DNA of 64,000 nucleotides from a candidate division FCPU426 bacterium. Lineage in GTDB: Bacteria; Oederibacteriota; Muellerivitia; Muellerivitales; Muellerivitaceae. The stretch covers positions 198,642-262,641 of the forward strand of contig CAVYSE010000018.1 of the NCBI GenBank assembly GCA_963771075.1, read 5' to 3'. The translations under genes and the position numbers were made by a program. Below, piece by piece: positions 19,585 through 28,972 of this stretch (its first letter is position 1; each line of letters opens with the position of its first letter). A model generated the notes under the pieces. It was not told the DNA's origin. It did no database searches and worked only from the letters and a program-made list of their open reading frames with translations.

Positions 19585-20121
19585 GGGGTTCCTGGCCGTG
19601 GAAAAAATGTCCTACGGTCTTTCATTCGGACGGAACTACAAATTTTAATCTTTCGGCTTTTTTGGAGGTGTTTTCCCATGTTCCGATGGCGAGCCCCCCT
19701 ATCTATGCATCAAGTACGGATGCAAGAAACGATAGGGGGGCTCGCCCTCTCCACACGGGAAAACTAGGAGAAGTTATTTTTTAAAAAAAGGATGAGACAA
19801 ATTCAAATTAAAATCAAATACAAGAGCAAGGCAAAACAAACCGGAGCAGTATTCAGAGGGGGTAGGTTGGAATGGAAGTGGTGGGGTAGTTGGTGGTAGG
19901 TGGTTAGAAGAAGGACTGGTAATGAAAGTAATAGGCAAGGGTAGGTTGTTGGTAATAGCTGATTAAACAGGGGGTTAATCCTTCCTTGTAGCGTGAGTTT
20001 TGTATATGGAGGGTCGGTTTTTGGGGAATCATTTGAGGAAGTATAAAATCTCGGTTGTTTTGTATGGCTGCCAAAGGATAATAGACACATCAACTTCAGC
20101 GCATGAACCCAGTCGGAAGGT

Positions 20122-20448
20122 TTGGAAATGACACAAGATCAGCTATTACCTGAAATGGTAAAGCGCATTAGGCAAGAAGTGGAACCTTTGCGGGTTCTTC
20201 TTTTCGGAAGCCGCGCCCGTGGTGGAAATCGCCCGAACAGTGATTTTGACTTATTAGTTATCGCGCCCTCCAACCTGCCCAGGTGGAAAAGGACCGTGGG
20301 GCTTTACCAAAAGCTTTCCGGTTTGGGAGTCGCCAAAGACATTGTTTGGTGGACCCCGGAAGAAATCGAGGAATGGAAGGGCGTTAAAAGCCACTTCATC
20401 ACGACGGCCATGCGGGAGGGTCAGGTCCTTTATGAAAAACCCGCATGA
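20122..20448 (+). CDS. minimal nucleotidyltransferase (MNT) antitoxin-type protein
   Basis: …LLFGSRARGGNRPNSDFDLLV… (GS-x9-DxD NTase motif); overlaps HEPN partner. Confidence 0.75.
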   Translation: MEMTQDQLLPEMVKRIRQEVEPLRVLLFGSRARGGNRPNSDFDLLVIAPSNLPRWKRTVGLYQKLSGLGVAKDIVWWTPEEIEEWKGVKSHFITTAMREGQVLYEKPA

Positions 20449-20818
20449 TCATTCCCGGGGACTTCTGCTAAAGGCTTCAAACGATTTATATTCTGCGGAA
20501 GATATTCTTACCGGCGGTCGTGCCTTTGACATGGCCTGTTTTCATGCCCAACAAGCCGTTGAAAAATGCCTTAAAGCTTTATTGGCGTCCGCTGATGAGG
20601 AATATCCCCTGCGCCATGACCTAGGGGAATTATTGGAGCATGTTAAGACCCGGTTCCCTGATCTGGATTTACCCTTAGAGGAGATTATGAGACTTGCCCC
20701 CTATGCCGTTGAGGTCCGTTATGACGATGAGTTTTATCCGAACCGAGAAGATGCACAAAAGGCGATTGAAACGGCCCGGTTGATAAATGAAAAGGTAACA
20801 GCGCATTTGAAACAGTAA
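20432..20818 (+). CDS. HEPN domain protein (toxin partner of MNT)
   Basis: ATG at 20432 overlapping MNT stop; …CFHAQQAVEKCLKALL… and …YAVEVRYDD… (Rx4-6H-type HEPN region). Confidence 0.7.
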   Translation: MKNPHDHSRGLLLKASNDLYSAEDILTGGRAFDMACFHAQQAVEKCLKALLASADEEYPLRHDLGELLEHVKTRFPDLDLPLEEIMRLAPYAVEVRYDDEFYPNREDAQKAIETARLINEKVTAHLKQ

Positions 20819-20835
20819 ATTTTAAAAGGACTTTT

Positions 20836-21165
20836 ATGGCACTTATTCAATGCCCAGAATGTAAGACAGATATTTCAGATAAAGCCGCTAGTTGCCCTAA
20901 ATGTGGGAATCCCATGATAGTTTCAAAGGCATCGGAAAATTCCGATAAACCTGATGGGAATTTACCGAGAAAATATGCAAATGTGGGTTTTATTTTAGGA
21001 ATAATACTTTGGTGGGGTGGGTGTGCACAATTTCGAATCGATTTTGAATTTAATGATTTACCTACTTTAATATTTTATGCTCTTTTAAGTGGTGCTGCTT
21101 TTTCTGCCTTTGGGTATTTAATGGGAGTGGCCAGCTCAAAAAACGTTAAAAGCTTTAAAAAATGA
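20836..21165 (+). CDS. zinc-ribbon domain membrane protein
   Basis: CPECKT…CPKCGNPM zinc ribbon, then hydrophobic helix; AT-rich island DNA. Confidence 0.45.
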   Translation: MALIQCPECKTDISDKAASCPKCGNPMIVSKASENSDKPDGNLPRKYANVGFILGIILWWGGCAQFRIDFEFNDLPTLIFYALLSGAAFSAFGYLMGVASSKNVKSFKK

Positions 21166-21794
21166 ACAAATCACTATTTTTATTACTCGGTTTCCTTTTT
21201 CTTGTTCCGCTACTTGGGTTTACTCAAGACGTTTCCTCAGTTATGTCATCCTTAAAAATCAAAAACAATGATGATCTTAAGAATTCATTGGCAGACATGA
21301 ATGCTGGCTTGAACTTATATTTTCAAGAAGATTATAAAAATTCCGCGATTATTTTTAAAAGGGTTGAGGAACAAGGAGAAGGAAGATCCCCTAAATGGTC
21401 GATTGAAAATGGAGTTGTAGGAACTTTTGCGGGTTATGTATGGATCAGCTGTATTAATAAAATTTTAGATAAAGAGAGCGTTAATGAATTGGTTAGTGAT
21501 GGAGTAATGATTGATTTTATTAAAACCCAGTTGGACCTTTATGGTCAAAGCGGGACGGGTGCAAGGGCATGTTTAACATCATATCAATCAAGCGAAGCAA
21601 ATGAAGGACTCAATCAGACTTCTTTGGGTAACATACACGATGGTGATTTTGCTGTATTTGAAGAAGTAACAAATAACAGTAATAAGTATATGTGCGAACT
21701 TGAGTATGGTTCTGATGGTTCGATCCATGTAAAAGCTTGGAAACGTCCAGGGTTGTTGCAAAAGCTTTGGCAGAAAATATCTGGTGGGAATTAA
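21162..21794 (+). CDS. secreted hypothetical protein
   Basis: ATGA overlap with upstream gene; signal peptide MNKSLFLLLGFLFLVPLLGFTQ. Confidence 0.5.
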   Translation: MNKSLFLLLGFLFLVPLLGFTQDVSSVMSSLKIKNNDDLKNSLADMNAGLNLYFQEDYKNSAIIFKRVEEQGEGRSPKWSIENGVVGTFAGYVWISCINKILDKESVNELVSDGVMIDFIKTQLDLYGQSGTGARACLTSYQSSEANEGLNQTSLGNIHDGDFAVFEEVTNNSNKYMCELEYGSDGSIHVKAWKRPGLLQKLWQKISGGN

Positions 21795-21800
21795 CATTTT

Positions 21801-22406
21801 TTGACTGGGGTTGAATTGAAAAAACCTATCTTGTTGGAAAACAGCCGTCTCCGAAAATCGATTAAAACGGCTCGGAAAAACTGGAAAAATTGGAAAGATG
21901 TGTATGAACACCATGGCCCAAGATATAAAAATCCTCTACTTATTTGTCCAAATAGGTTTAGAGAATTTTGCAAAGAATATTCTGTTATTCGGACAATACA
22001 AAAAGGAAATGTTGAGGGATTACGAAAACGGCTGGCCAAAATAAACTCATTTGAGTTGGCCATTAAGGACAACACGGGCAAAACATTTGATAGATTCGAA
22101 AAGCGGTTGAGGCCGAAATTTGGAATTCATCACAAGAATAGGTTGACTTCGGTATTGTCGAAGGTTGCAGCTTTCTTAAAACCACAAGTATTTGTTGCCT
22201 GGGATCAGTACGCCAAGATAGGAGTAAAAAAGGTTCTTAGTCAAAAAAGCGCTATCCAAGTAGACACTTACGAGAATTACATTGGGGCTTTTGAAATGGC
22301 CTGGAAACAACATAAACCTGATGCGCCAACAGTAATAAAAGGGGTCAGTCATCAATTATTAATATTTACAAGTTGGAGGCAATCGGTTAGCTTGTCGGGG
22401 CTATGA
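21801..22406 (+). CDS. hypothetical protein
   Basis: 201-aa ORF, 4-bp overlap with downstream transposase gene. Confidence 0.4.
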   Translation: MTGVELKKPILLENSRLRKSIKTARKNWKNWKDVYEHHGPRYKNPLLICPNRFREFCKEYSVIRTIQKGNVEGLRKRLAKINSFELAIKDNTGKTFDRFEKRLRPKFGIHHKNRLTSVLSKVAAFLKPQVFVAWDQYAKIGVKKVLSQKSAIQVDTYENYIGAFEMAWKQHKPDAPTVIKGVSHQLLIFTSWRQSVSLSGL

Positions 22407-23344
22407 GAAAACCTAGACTTCTTTATCTCGGCGGCTTGTACCACGTGATTGCCAGGGGAAATCAAAGGCAAAAAACATTTTTGGCCAAGGTTGATTTTCT
22501 TAAATATCTGGAACTATTAGGCGAGCATTTGGAAACGCGTGAAATAAGGCTTTATGCCTATTGCCTGATGCCCAACCATGTTCATCTGTTGGTAGAACAA
22601 GCCGGTGATTATCCCTTGTCCCGGTATATGCATCGGCTCCAAACGGCTTATACCCAATTCTTCAACCGGACCCATAAGAAAGTAGGCCATCTTTTTCAGG
22701 GTCGGTATAAGGCCATATTGGTGGACAAGGATTCATATCTGTTGGAATTGGTTCGATACATTGGGTTGAATCCGTTCAGGGCGAAATTGGAGGAAAAGCC
22801 GGGAATATATCCCTGGACCAGCCACCAACAATATTTGGGCCGAGAGAATAAGCCATTGGCGAAAGTGGAAGTTGAACCAGTTTTGGCTCTTTTCAGCAAA
22901 ATGAAGAAAGAAGCCCAAAAGGCCTATTTGAGGTTCGTCAAGGAAGGCATGGGGGAAGGCCATCGGGAGGATTTGTATGATGTCCGGCAGGGACATATTT
23001 TGGGGGACCAGGAATTCGAACAAAAAGCGCATCAAAAGGCCCAACGTCCGCTGTCAGGTGCGAGTTTGAAGGTGAAGAAAACATTACCTGAAATATGGAA
23101 AGTACTTTTGAAACGGGAAGGGCATAGTGAAGATCCGACAGGCCATCGCCGAAGCCGTTTAATGGAAGAAGCGGCCTATCTAGCGTTTGAGGGTTGTGGG
23201 ATAAGCCAAAGAGAGATAGGGGTATATTTTGGGAAAAATCAAAGCGCAGTCAGCCAGGCCATTAGGCGTTTGGAGATGAAGTGGAAAGAACAGCCCGGGG
23301 AAAAGGAGAAGTGGTTTCGATGGGCGCGACATTTAGAATATTAA
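22403..23344 (+). CDS. HUH-Y1 transposase (IS200-like / REP-associated tyrosine transposase family) fused to DnaA-C-like HTH domain
   Basis: …YHVIARGNQRQKTF…YAYCLMPNHVHLLVEQ (HuH) …QGRYKAILVDKDSYLLELVRYIGLNPF (catalytic Tyr region); C-terminal …AAYLAFEGCGISQREIGVYFGKNQSAVSQAIRRLE resembles DnaA C-terminal HTH; hairpins downstream (23480-23545). Confidence 0.65.
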   Translation: MRKPRLLYLGGLYHVIARGNQRQKTFLAKVDFLKYLELLGEHLETREIRLYAYCLMPNHVHLLVEQAGDYPLSRYMHRLQTAYTQFFNRTHKKVGHLFQGRYKAILVDKDSYLLELVRYIGLNPFRAKLEEKPGIYPWTSHQQYLGRENKPLAKVEVEPVLALFSKMKKEAQKAYLRFVKEGMGEGHREDLYDVRQGHILGDQEFEQKAHQKAQRPLSGASLKVKKTLPEIWKVLLKREGHSEDPTGHRRSRLMEEAAYLAFEGCGISQREIGVYFGKNQSAVSQAIRRLEMKWKEQPGEKEKWFRWARHLEY

Positions 23345-23629
23345 TATATGATGACTGACCCCGTTCACCCGTTCATGTGGAGATCATTTCGGATAAATCT
23401 CAAATACGGGTGGCTTCTTGTGAGCCGTCCGATGGTTACTTGAAGTTTTATCCACCGATTGAATATTTCGACATTAAGGCAAGGGTAACCAAGAAGAATA
23501 AGAAGTCTTAATTCTTCTTTTGGGGGGAAGGTCTTCCCCCTGGCCTCCGCTACCTTCGGTGATCCTCGGCACACCCCTTTCGCCTGGGGCTTTGCCCCAA
23601 ACCCCTAAATTAAGTTAGGAATAATTAAC

Positions 23630-24178
23630 ATGAACGCATTTGAACAGATCGTATCCGACATCATGCAAAGAAAGGGTTACTGGACTCGAATCGGGTACAA
23701 GATTGAACTCAAGAAAGAAGAAAAGGTGGCAATAGGAACCCCGTCTATGCCCGACCTTGAAATAGATGTGTTGGCCTATAAGGCCAAGACAAATGAACTA
23801 ATATGGATTGAGTGCAAATCTTATCTAGATTCAACGGGGGTTCGTTTCGAGGACTTGCTACCAGATGGCAAAAACGCATCGAGGTATAAAATATTCACGG
23901 ATAAAAACCGTAGAGAAATTGCCTCGGATGCTCTTAAAACGCAGTTGGTGAATGAAGGATTCGCGAATCCAAATCTTACGGTGAAACACTGGCTTGTAGC
24001 TGGAAAAGTGGTTTCCAAAGACCAAGAAAAACTAGAAAAGCATTTTGTTGATCAAGGTTGGGAGTTGAAAAATCATGAATGGCTATTAACGGAATTAAAG
24101 GAAATATCGAAGGGCAGTTGGGACGACAATGTTGCTTCAACCGTGGCAAAGCTTTTTTATCGAAATCAGAAAGAATGA
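23630..24178 (+). CDS. PD-(D/E)xK nuclease-fold protein (hypothetical)
   Basis: …PSMPDLEIDVLAY…LIWIECKSY… fits D-x(n)-(D/E)-x-K restriction-endonuclease-like core. Confidence 0.45.
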   Translation: MNAFEQIVSDIMQRKGYWTRIGYKIELKKEEKVAIGTPSMPDLEIDVLAYKAKTNELIWIECKSYLDSTGVRFEDLLPDGKNASRYKIFTDKNRREIASDALKTQLVNEGFANPNLTVKHWLVAGKVVSKDQEKLEKHFVDQGWELKNHEWLLTELKEISKGSWDDNVASTVAKLFYRNQKE

Positions 24179-24218
24179 AAACAGGAAACCTTTGAAACTG
24201 AAAATTAGGAAAAAATAA

Positions 24219-25268
24219 ATGGAAAAATGTTTATTTTGCGATTCGGACTGCACAGTGAAGATGGAGGTGGCAAACACTGGCTCTGCACCACGACCTTATT
24301 TGTGGGTCGGGTGTTCCTTTTGTGGGGATTACTTTTTTTCGGAGACCTTGATGGGGGAAATTTCTGCCCGTCGTCAATCAATGTCGCCGCAAAGTAAGGT
24401 GAATTGCTCCTTTCGTTGTTTGAATATCAAGGGGGAACATATTGGAACGGGAGGGTTAAAACCTTATCCCTTTTGGACAACGAGGGCAGAATATGACGCT
24501 CTTATGGCGACGAAATCTTCTAATGACGTTGTGCTGATAATAGAAGATGTTGAATTTGAATTCGTCGATCATGCGGAAAAACCATTCGTTTTTTTGGAAA
24601 TGATTGCTAGAAATTTGGAGCACAAAGGGGCTTTTGAATATTTTAATTTTAATAAAAAGCACTTAACGTTGGCAAAAATTGGAACAGAAAATGAGCTTCA
24701 GAAAATTATTCATTTTCTTTTGGAAAAGAATTATGTAAGTTCTGGAAAACTTGGCCACGCTTTACTAGAACAGCTCAACGAAATTATGCATAGCAAAGGG
24801 TTGAATCTAACTGTGGGTGGGTGGGCGGCAGTAAAAGAGAGAAATTCTGGAATTAATTCCAAAAAGGTATTTATTGCCATTAAGTTTGAGTGGCCAACGG
24901 CTGAGGAACCTTTGCGTCTGGAAGTGTTACGGGCTATTCAGGAAGCTTGCGATGCAAACGGATTTGTTGCCCAAATTGTAAACCAAAATACAACCGGGTA
25001 CATTACAGACCAAATTATTGCTGATATTAAAAATTCTCGGTTTTTAATCGCGGAATATACACATCATAATCATGGGGTTTATTACGAGGCTGGTTTTGCA
25101 AAAGGCCTTGGAAAATCTGTTTTTAACTTGGTAAGAGAAGATCATGAAAAAGATTTCCATTTTGATGTACGTCAAGTTAACCGGCGCACCTGGACTACGG
25201 CCACTGATTTAAAGGACAAGCTTCGATCCTGGATTGCAGCTTCTGCCGCAGAAAACAGTTTGAGGTAA
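24219..25268 (+). CDS. zinc-ribbon + nucleoside 2-deoxyribosyltransferase-like (NDT/SLOG-TIR-like fold) domain protein
   Basis: N-terminal CLFCDSDC…CSFCGDY Cys cluster; C-terminal …VFIAIKFEW…RFLIAEYTHHNHGVYYEAGFAKGLGKSVFNL… matches NDT-family E-x-G-[YF]-A…GK-x-V motif by eye. Confidence 0.45.
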   Translation: MEKCLFCDSDCTVKMEVANTGSAPRPYLWVGCSFCGDYFFSETLMGEISARRQSMSPQSKVNCSFRCLNIKGEHIGTGGLKPYPFWTTRAEYDALMATKSSNDVVLIIEDVEFEFVDHAEKPFVFLEMIARNLEHKGAFEYFNFNKKHLTLAKIGTENELQKIIHFLLEKNYVSSGKLGHALLEQLNEIMHSKGLNLTVGGWAAVKERNSGINSKKVFIAIKFEWPTAEEPLRLEVLRAIQEACDANGFVAQIVNQNTTGYITDQIIADIKNSRFLIAEYTHHNHGVYYEAGFAKGLGKSVFNLVREDHEKDFHFDVRQVNRRTWTTATDLKDKLRSWIAASAAENSLR

Positions 25269-25314
25269 AACATGTGTATCTGTTACCAACTAAAACTGCT
25301 TAAGGAACGATGAT

Positions 25315-25992
25315 ATGAACATTGATTTAAAAATGAATGAAACAAACCAAGCCTCAGTCCCGAATTCGGTTTACAGGTTTATTCCCATTCATCGGCTTTG
25401 GGAAATAATTGCCTCCAAAAAACTATATTTTTTAAGAAACACTAAATGGGAAGACCCGTTCGATGGTTATATAGCCGAACAGTGGTGTGAAAAGAATGGA
25501 AGATCCTATGAAAATTTTAGGAACAAGATTTATTTTTTATGCTGTACAACCGATAAACACATTGAGTTCTTTTGGAGGGCATATACACCAAATAAAGACG
25601 GAGTAAGGATTGAGATTTCTGTTTCTGAATTGTTAAGTTGTGCGCCAGGAATGAAGGCTCGCTTAATCCATTATGATAAAAGAGATAATCTTCAAGAAAT
25701 CATTTCGAAAGTAAAAAATGAAGCGTCATTGCTTACTGAATATTTTTTTTATAAAAGAGAAACATTTCAATATGAAAAGGAGCTTCGATTTTATTTTCGA
25801 AAAAAAGATCATTCTTCGGATGTTTTGGAGGTTCCGTTTGATCCGGCTAAAGTGCTTAAGAGTATTGTTTTTGATCCAAGAATGTCTAAACCTGTTTTCA
25901 AACTTCATGAAAAATTTATTGAACCTCATTTACCAAATGTCACCATATACCGCTCTAATATTTTTGATCCAAGGGGAACTTTCAGGTCATGA
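25315..25992 (+). CDS. DUF2971-like protein (hypothetical)
   Basis: …VYRFIPIHRLWEIIASKKLYFLRNTKWEDPFDG… resembles the DUF2971 N-terminal signature (recalled from memory, unverified). Confidence 0.4.
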   Translation: MNIDLKMNETNQASVPNSVYRFIPIHRLWEIIASKKLYFLRNTKWEDPFDGYIAEQWCEKNGRSYENFRNKIYFLCCTTDKHIEFFWRAYTPNKDGVRIEISVSELLSCAPGMKARLIHYDKRDNLQEIISKVKNEASLLTEYFFYKRETFQYEKELRFYFRKKDHSSDVLEVPFDPAKVLKSIVFDPRMSKPVFKLHEKFIEPHLPNVTIYRSNIFDPRGTFRS

Positions 25993-26195
25993 AAGACTTT
26001 CCCTTTTGGCGCGGTGCCATTTACAACGCTAAAACCCAGATTACACTTAAAGCTGTTGGGGAAGACCTCTCCAAATTCCAAAAACAATCCGGACTTTTCG
26101 TTGACGAGGAAGCCAAACTAACCGGCGACCAGCTGACCACCCTACGAAAACAGTATTCTGAAAAGATGAAAAAACTCGTTGTCGAAAGGATTTGA
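25989..26195 (+). CDS. small hypothetical protein (68 aa)
   Basis: ATGA overlap with upstream gene. Confidence 0.3.
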   Translation: MKDFPFWRGAIYNAKTQITLKAVGEDLSKFQKQSGLFVDEEAKLTGDQLTTLRKQYSEKMKKLVVERI

Positions 26196-26346
26196 AATGA
26201 ATGAACCAAGTTCTTTACCAACACAACAAATAGGGAAGCTTGGGGAATTACTTGTTCAATTGTAAACGCCGGTCCAAAAGTGTGACGGTCTGAGGGGCCA
26301 AAAAGGCGGTCGAAAAGTGTGACACTCCCCGAATATCCGGGAAGAT

Positions 26347-27904
26347 GTGGGGTTTTCAACGATGAAAACCACGCCACCGGAAGGAAAAGGAGTGTACAAA
26401 GACATGGACCAATGGACGGAAATCCGCAAGAAAATCCTGGTGGAAGGGGTCTCCAAGCGCCAGGTGATGGAAGAAGAAGGCATCCACTGGGAAACCCTCA
26501 AGAAAATACTCGCCCATAGCCAGCCGCCCGGCTACCAGATGAACCAGGAGAGGCCCCAGCCCAAGATTGGGCCCTTCCTGGGCCGAATCAAGCAAATCCT
26601 CCAGGACGATAAGCACATCCACAAAAAACAGCGCCATACCGCCAAGCGCATTTTCGAGCGCCTACGCAAGGAGGATGGCTACACCGGCGGCTATAGCCAG
26701 GTCAAAAAGGCCGTCCGGGGGATCAAACGAAGGAATAGCGAGGTGTTCGTGCCGTTGACGCACCGGCCCGGCGAGGCCCAGGTGGACTTTGGGCACGCCC
26801 TGGTCAAGCTCAACGGCGTGTTGGTGAAACGCCCCTACTTTGTGATGGCCTTGCCCTATTCGGACGCTTTCTTCGTGCAGATATTCGAGCGGGAAAGCAC
26901 GGAGTTCGTCTGGGAAGGCCACATCCGGGCCTTCAAGTATTTCGGTGGCGTACCCTGGCGGATCAGCTACGACAACGCCAAGACCCTCGTGAAGAAGTTG
27001 ATCGGGGTACACGAACGGGAATTGACGCGGGGTTTCCAGCAGTTGGTGAGCCACTATCTCTTCGACCACCACTTCTGCACCATACGCCGGGGCAACGAAA
27101 AGGGTGTGGTGGAAGGCGGGGTGAAATATGTGCGACTGAATTTCATGGTGCCGGTTCCGCAAGTGGGAAACTTGGAGGAACTAAACGAAAAATTGGTGGT
27201 GAACTGCCGTGAGGACTTGGAACGCAAATTGCGGGGTAAAGGACTTCCCAAGGGGCAACTTCTAGACGAGGATAAGGCCCATTTCAGGCCCTTGCCGGCC
27301 GCTGTTTTTGACGCCTGCATCAAGCAGTCCACCACGGCCACTTCCTTGTCCCTGGTGCGCTTCGACACCAACGACTATTCCGTGCCGACGGAATGGGCAC
27401 ACCATCCGGTAGTGGTGAAGGGATACATCGACCGGGTGGATGTCTATTACAGGGAAAAGCGGATTGCGACCCATGATCGTCTGTGGTGCAAGGAAGGCGT
27501 GGTCTTCAATCCGGTGCATTATTTGGCGATTTTGGAAGGGAAAACCGGGAGCCTTCGATCATGCCAGGCCCCTGGAAGACTGGAATCTGCCAGAGAATTT
27601 CGCCCTCCTGCGCCGCCGCATGAAAGCCAAGGAAAAGAGCCACGGTGAGGGAACACGGGAATTCATCAAGACGATGCGGCTTTTGGAAAAACATTCCATG
27701 GGCAGGCTCCACCGGGCGGTGAAGAAGGCCGTGGGGATGGAAATCTATACCCGCGACGCTGTCGCCCAATTGCTCTACTCCAGGGAAGATTTCAGGCTGA
27801 CCACCTTCAGCTTGGCCGGTCGTGAACACTTGCGACGAGTGCAGGTGGCTCGAACGGATCTCTCGGCCTACCGCGAACTGATGGCAGTGGGGGGTGAAGC
27901 GTGA
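26347..27904 (+). pseudogene. istA: IS21 transposase IstA, +1 frameshift in A4 run (27541-27544)
   Basis: N-terminal HTH + DDE region (…GEAQVDFGH…YSDAFFV…); frame 1 ends …HYLAILEGKTGSLRSC…*, frame 2 (27440..27904) continues …KGKPGAFDHARPLEDWNLPENFALLRR… typical IstA C-terminus; removing one A restores …LEGKPGAFD…. Confidence 0.75.
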
Positions 27905-28692
27905 GCACTTCCAAAAACACTCTCCTGCTGGAACATCACCTCAAGAAACTCAAACTGCCAACGATGCAGCGCGAGTACGACAAGATGGCCCAACTCTGCC
28001 GCACCGAGCGTAGCGACTATCCGCAGTACCTTCTCAAGCTGGCCGAGCTGGAACTTCTGGATCGGGAGCGCCGGGCCAAGGAGAGGCGCATCCGGGATGC
28101 TGGTTTTCCCGTGCTCAAGACTTTGGACACGTTCGATTTCAAGGCCCAGCCTTCGATCAACCAGGAATTGACCCGGGAACTCATGCGGGGAGAGTACATG
28201 GACAAAAAAGAAAACATCCTGCTGATCGGCAACTCCGGAACAGGTAAAACCCATTTGGCCACGGCCCTGGCCTTCCAGGCCTGTTGCCAGGGCCGGGCGG
28301 TGAAGTTTTTCTCTGTTACCGGTCTTGTGACGGAGCTTCTGGAGCGCCGTGAGGAAAAACAATTGGCCAAGTTCCATCGTCAGTTGGCCAGGCTCCACCT
28401 GATCGTCCTGGACGAGCTGGGTTATGTGCCATTCACCAAGGCGGGGGCCGAGCTGCTATTCGAGGTGGTCAGCAAGGCTTACGAGCGGACCAGCCTGCTG
28501 GTAACGACCAACCTTCCCTTCGAAAACTGGGTGGAAATCATGGGTTCGGAGAGGATGACGGGGGCTCTTATTGACCGTTTGACCCATCGGGTGCATATTT
28601 TGGAGGCCAACGGCCAAAGCTTTAGATTAACAGAATCAAAAAAACGGCTCGGCCGGGTTCCCCGGCCGAACAAAGACAAGAAGGATGGATAA
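27901..28692 (+). CDS. istB: IS21 helper ATPase IstB
   Basis: GTG start overlapping istA stop; Walker A …LIGNSGTGKTHLATALA…; …LIVLDELGYVPF…. Confidence 0.85.
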   Translation: MSTSKNTLLLEHHLKKLKLPTMQREYDKMAQLCRTERSDYPQYLLKLAELELLDRERRAKERRIRDAGFPVLKTLDTFDFKAQPSINQELTRELMRGEYMDKKENILLIGNSGTGKTHLATALAFQACCQGRAVKFFSVTGLVTELLERREEKQLAKFHRQLARLHLIVLDELGYVPFTKAGAELLFEVVSKAYERTSLLVTTNLPFENWVEIMGSERMTGALIDRLTHRVHILEANGQSFRLTESKKRLGRVPRPNKDKKDG

Positions 28693-28972
28693 AAGCTAAC
28701 CAACGACCATACACCCTAAAGGCGTATGGAAGGCGGGGGGTGTCACACTTTTGGATCGCCCACCGTCACACTTTTCGACCGGCGGGGACAGACTACGAAG
28801 GATAAAAACACAACAGAACCTAAGCCCTGTCCACAGGGCCTTTTTGCGTCCGGCAGGGAAGGGTGATCCCTCCCCTGCACCCCACCCCTCCTAAAGAAAA
28901 ACCAAAATTCTTATTACTCACTTTTGGTATAGTATTTATTGTGGATTAATCTTTAGGAGTAAGGGGATTGAA

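Larger units (their letters stand above)
26268..28783 (+). mobile_element. IS21-family insertion sequence (istA frameshifted, istB intact) with multi-repeat terminal IRs
   Basis: Left end GCCGGTCCAAAAGTGTGACGGTC…GGTCGAAAAGTGTGACACTCCCC vs right end GGGGGGTGTCACACTTTTGGATCGCCCACCGTCACACTTTTCGACCGGC (inverted, each with two GTGTGAC sub-repeats). Confidence 0.75.

Noticed and set aside
19803-20093. 96-aa minus-strand ORF
   Set aside because: It lies in the cytosine-free G/T-rich tract and its translation is low-complexity (L/P/T-rich). The region is better explained as non-coding structured DNA.
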